This document shows positions 62,051-63,057 of a DNA stretch of 63,057 nucleotides, in pieces. Position numbers and translations under genes: made by a program. The DNA is taken from assembly GCA_944390695.1 (NCBI GenBank), contig CALXQP010000017.1:1-63057 (forward strand), written 5' to 3'. Origin of the DNA: an uncultured Clostridia bacterium. GTDB lineage: Bacteria > Bacillota > Clostridia > TANB77 > CAG-508. Numbering within the stretch: the first letter of the stretch is position 1; every line of letters begins with the position of its first letter. A model generated the notes under the pieces. That model did not search any database and had not been told where the DNA came from. It saw only the letters and a program-made list of their open reading frames with translations.

Positions 62051-62491
62051 ATGCTAAAATTATATTTAGATAACTGTTGTTACAGTAGACCATTTGATGA
62101 TTTAACACAAGAAAAAAATAATTTGGAATCACAAGCAATAAAAGTAATTATTAATAAGTATTGCAATAATGAATTTAAAATTTATACAAGTGATGTTTTA
62201 ATTTTTGAAATAAATAAAATCAAAGATGAAATTAAAAGAAAAAAGGTTTTAGAAGTATATAATAAATTAAAATTAACAAGTATAAAAGCATCAGATAAAA
62301 TTATAAAAAGAGCTTATGAAATAAGAAAATATAATATAAAAGATATGGATTCATTACATATTGCATATGCTGAAAGTTTTAATATAGACTATTTTATTAC
62401 AACAGATAAGTTACTAATTAATGCGTCTAAAAGAGCAGAATTAAAAATGAAAGTTATGAACCCAATAGAATTTGTTATGGAGGTGATTTAA
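62051..62491 (+). CDS. PIN domain protein (VapC-like toxin)
   Basis: LYLDNCCYSRPFDD, D.LHIAYA, YFITTD. Confidence 0.85.
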   Translation: MLKLYLDNCCYSRPFDDLTQEKNNLESQAIKVIINKYCNNEFKIYTSDVLIFEINKIKDEIKRKKVLEVYNKLKLTSIKASDKIIKRAYEIRKYNIKDMDSLHIAYAESFNIDYFITTDKLLINASKRAELKMKVMNPIEFVMEVI

Positions 62492-62692
62492 ATGGGAGGA
62501 ACATTAAAGGAATTAGAGAGAGTTAGAGATAAAGGTTTTAAAATATTAAAGGAAAATTTAACACCTGTAGAATTGATAGAATTCCTACAAATTATAAGTA
62601 ATGGAACAGGAGATTATACAAAGGAAAAATATGAGAGTGATGAAAAATTAACAATAGAAGATTTTGAAAAGTATTTAGCAGAAAATAACTAA
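62492..62692 (+). CDS. Putative antitoxin partner of the PIN protein
   Basis: 66 aa, G..IL..NL.P.E..EFL....G.GDYT pattern; GGAGG RBS; abuts the PIN gene. Confidence 0.6.
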   Translation: MGGTLKELERVRDKGFKILKENLTPVELIEFLQIISNGTGDYTKEKYESDEKLTIEDFEKYLAENN

Positions 62693-62706
62693 TCTGATAC
62701 AATTTA

Positions 62707-62736
62707 AAACTATTCTCAAAAAGAGAATAGTTTTTT
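62707..62736 (+). terminator. Rho-independent terminator
   Basis: AAAACTATTCTC-AAAAA-GAGAATAGTTTT followed by T run. Confidence 0.65.
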
Positions 62737-62832
62737 GGGTATTATTCAATATATAAAAATAAATAAGTTCTAACGCCCAAGCTAAAAGAATACAATTAAA
62801 CAAAAGTATTCTAAATAAAAGGAGTTAGAACA

Positions 62833-63057
62833 ATGAAAGATGTGTCAATAGAAGAACGTGCAATAAATCTAGCACATTATATAATAGATTCAAAAGATAC
62901 AGTAAGAGGTGCCGCCAAAAAGTTTGGAATAAGTAAAAGCACGGTACACACCGAAGTAACATTCCAGAACGGTAAAAATAAATCACCTATAATCCCAGAA
63001 AGTATTGAAATTAAAAAGGTTTTCTTAGCAGAGAAGAATCCAGTTGTAAAATTAGGA
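62833..63057 (+). CDS. spoIIID: Sporulation regulator SpoIIID, 5' portion; similarity is lost after STVH(TEVT), frame open to the window end
   Basis: MKDVSIEERAINLAHYIIDSKDTVRGAAKKFGISKSTVH matches the SpoIIID HTH; AAGGAG RBS. Confidence 0.85.
   Translation, partial: MKDVSIEERAINLAHYIIDSKDTVRGAAKKFGISKSTVHTEVTFQNGKNKSPIIPESIEIKKVFLAEKNPVVKLG

Overview
Very AT-rich chromosomal window from an endospore-forming clostridial (Bacillota) bacterium. It is mostly core and sporulation genes: an agr-like two-component pair, pdaA-yqfCD-ybeY, ldh, gatC-gatA-[GH3]-gatB, a 2702-aa cyclic beta-1,2-glucan synthase-like gene, asnS, iscS, mraZ-rsmH-ftsL, a sortase/thioester-adhesin/'YAKY' secreted-protein cluster, spoIVFA/B-like, der-plsY-gpsA, dtd, spoIIAA-AB-sigF-spoIID-spoIIQ, dxs, alaS, ligA, folD, dprA, a DnaB-like helicase, a PIN toxin-antitoxin pair and the 5' part of spoIIID. 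The most striking observation concerns the only three frame breaks I found (one in the LytTR regulator, two in dprA). All are +1 and all sit at an in-frame CGG codon, where skipping the C restores a GGN glycine and a full-length protein. I found no in-frame CGG in any intact gene, which suggests CGG(N) acts as a +1 frameshift or quadruplet codon in this lineage; systematic sequencing error remains the main alternative. Also notable are a dispersed ~96-bp element with ~24-bp terminal direct repeats (7 loci, 16 repeat copies), a second palindromic repeat family, a ~290-bp hairpin, spoIIID apparently interrupted at a possible att site, and an LPxTG protein lacking a membrane anchor. No rRNA, tRNA or CRISPR-Cas was recognised. 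All calls come from manual reading, with no database searches.
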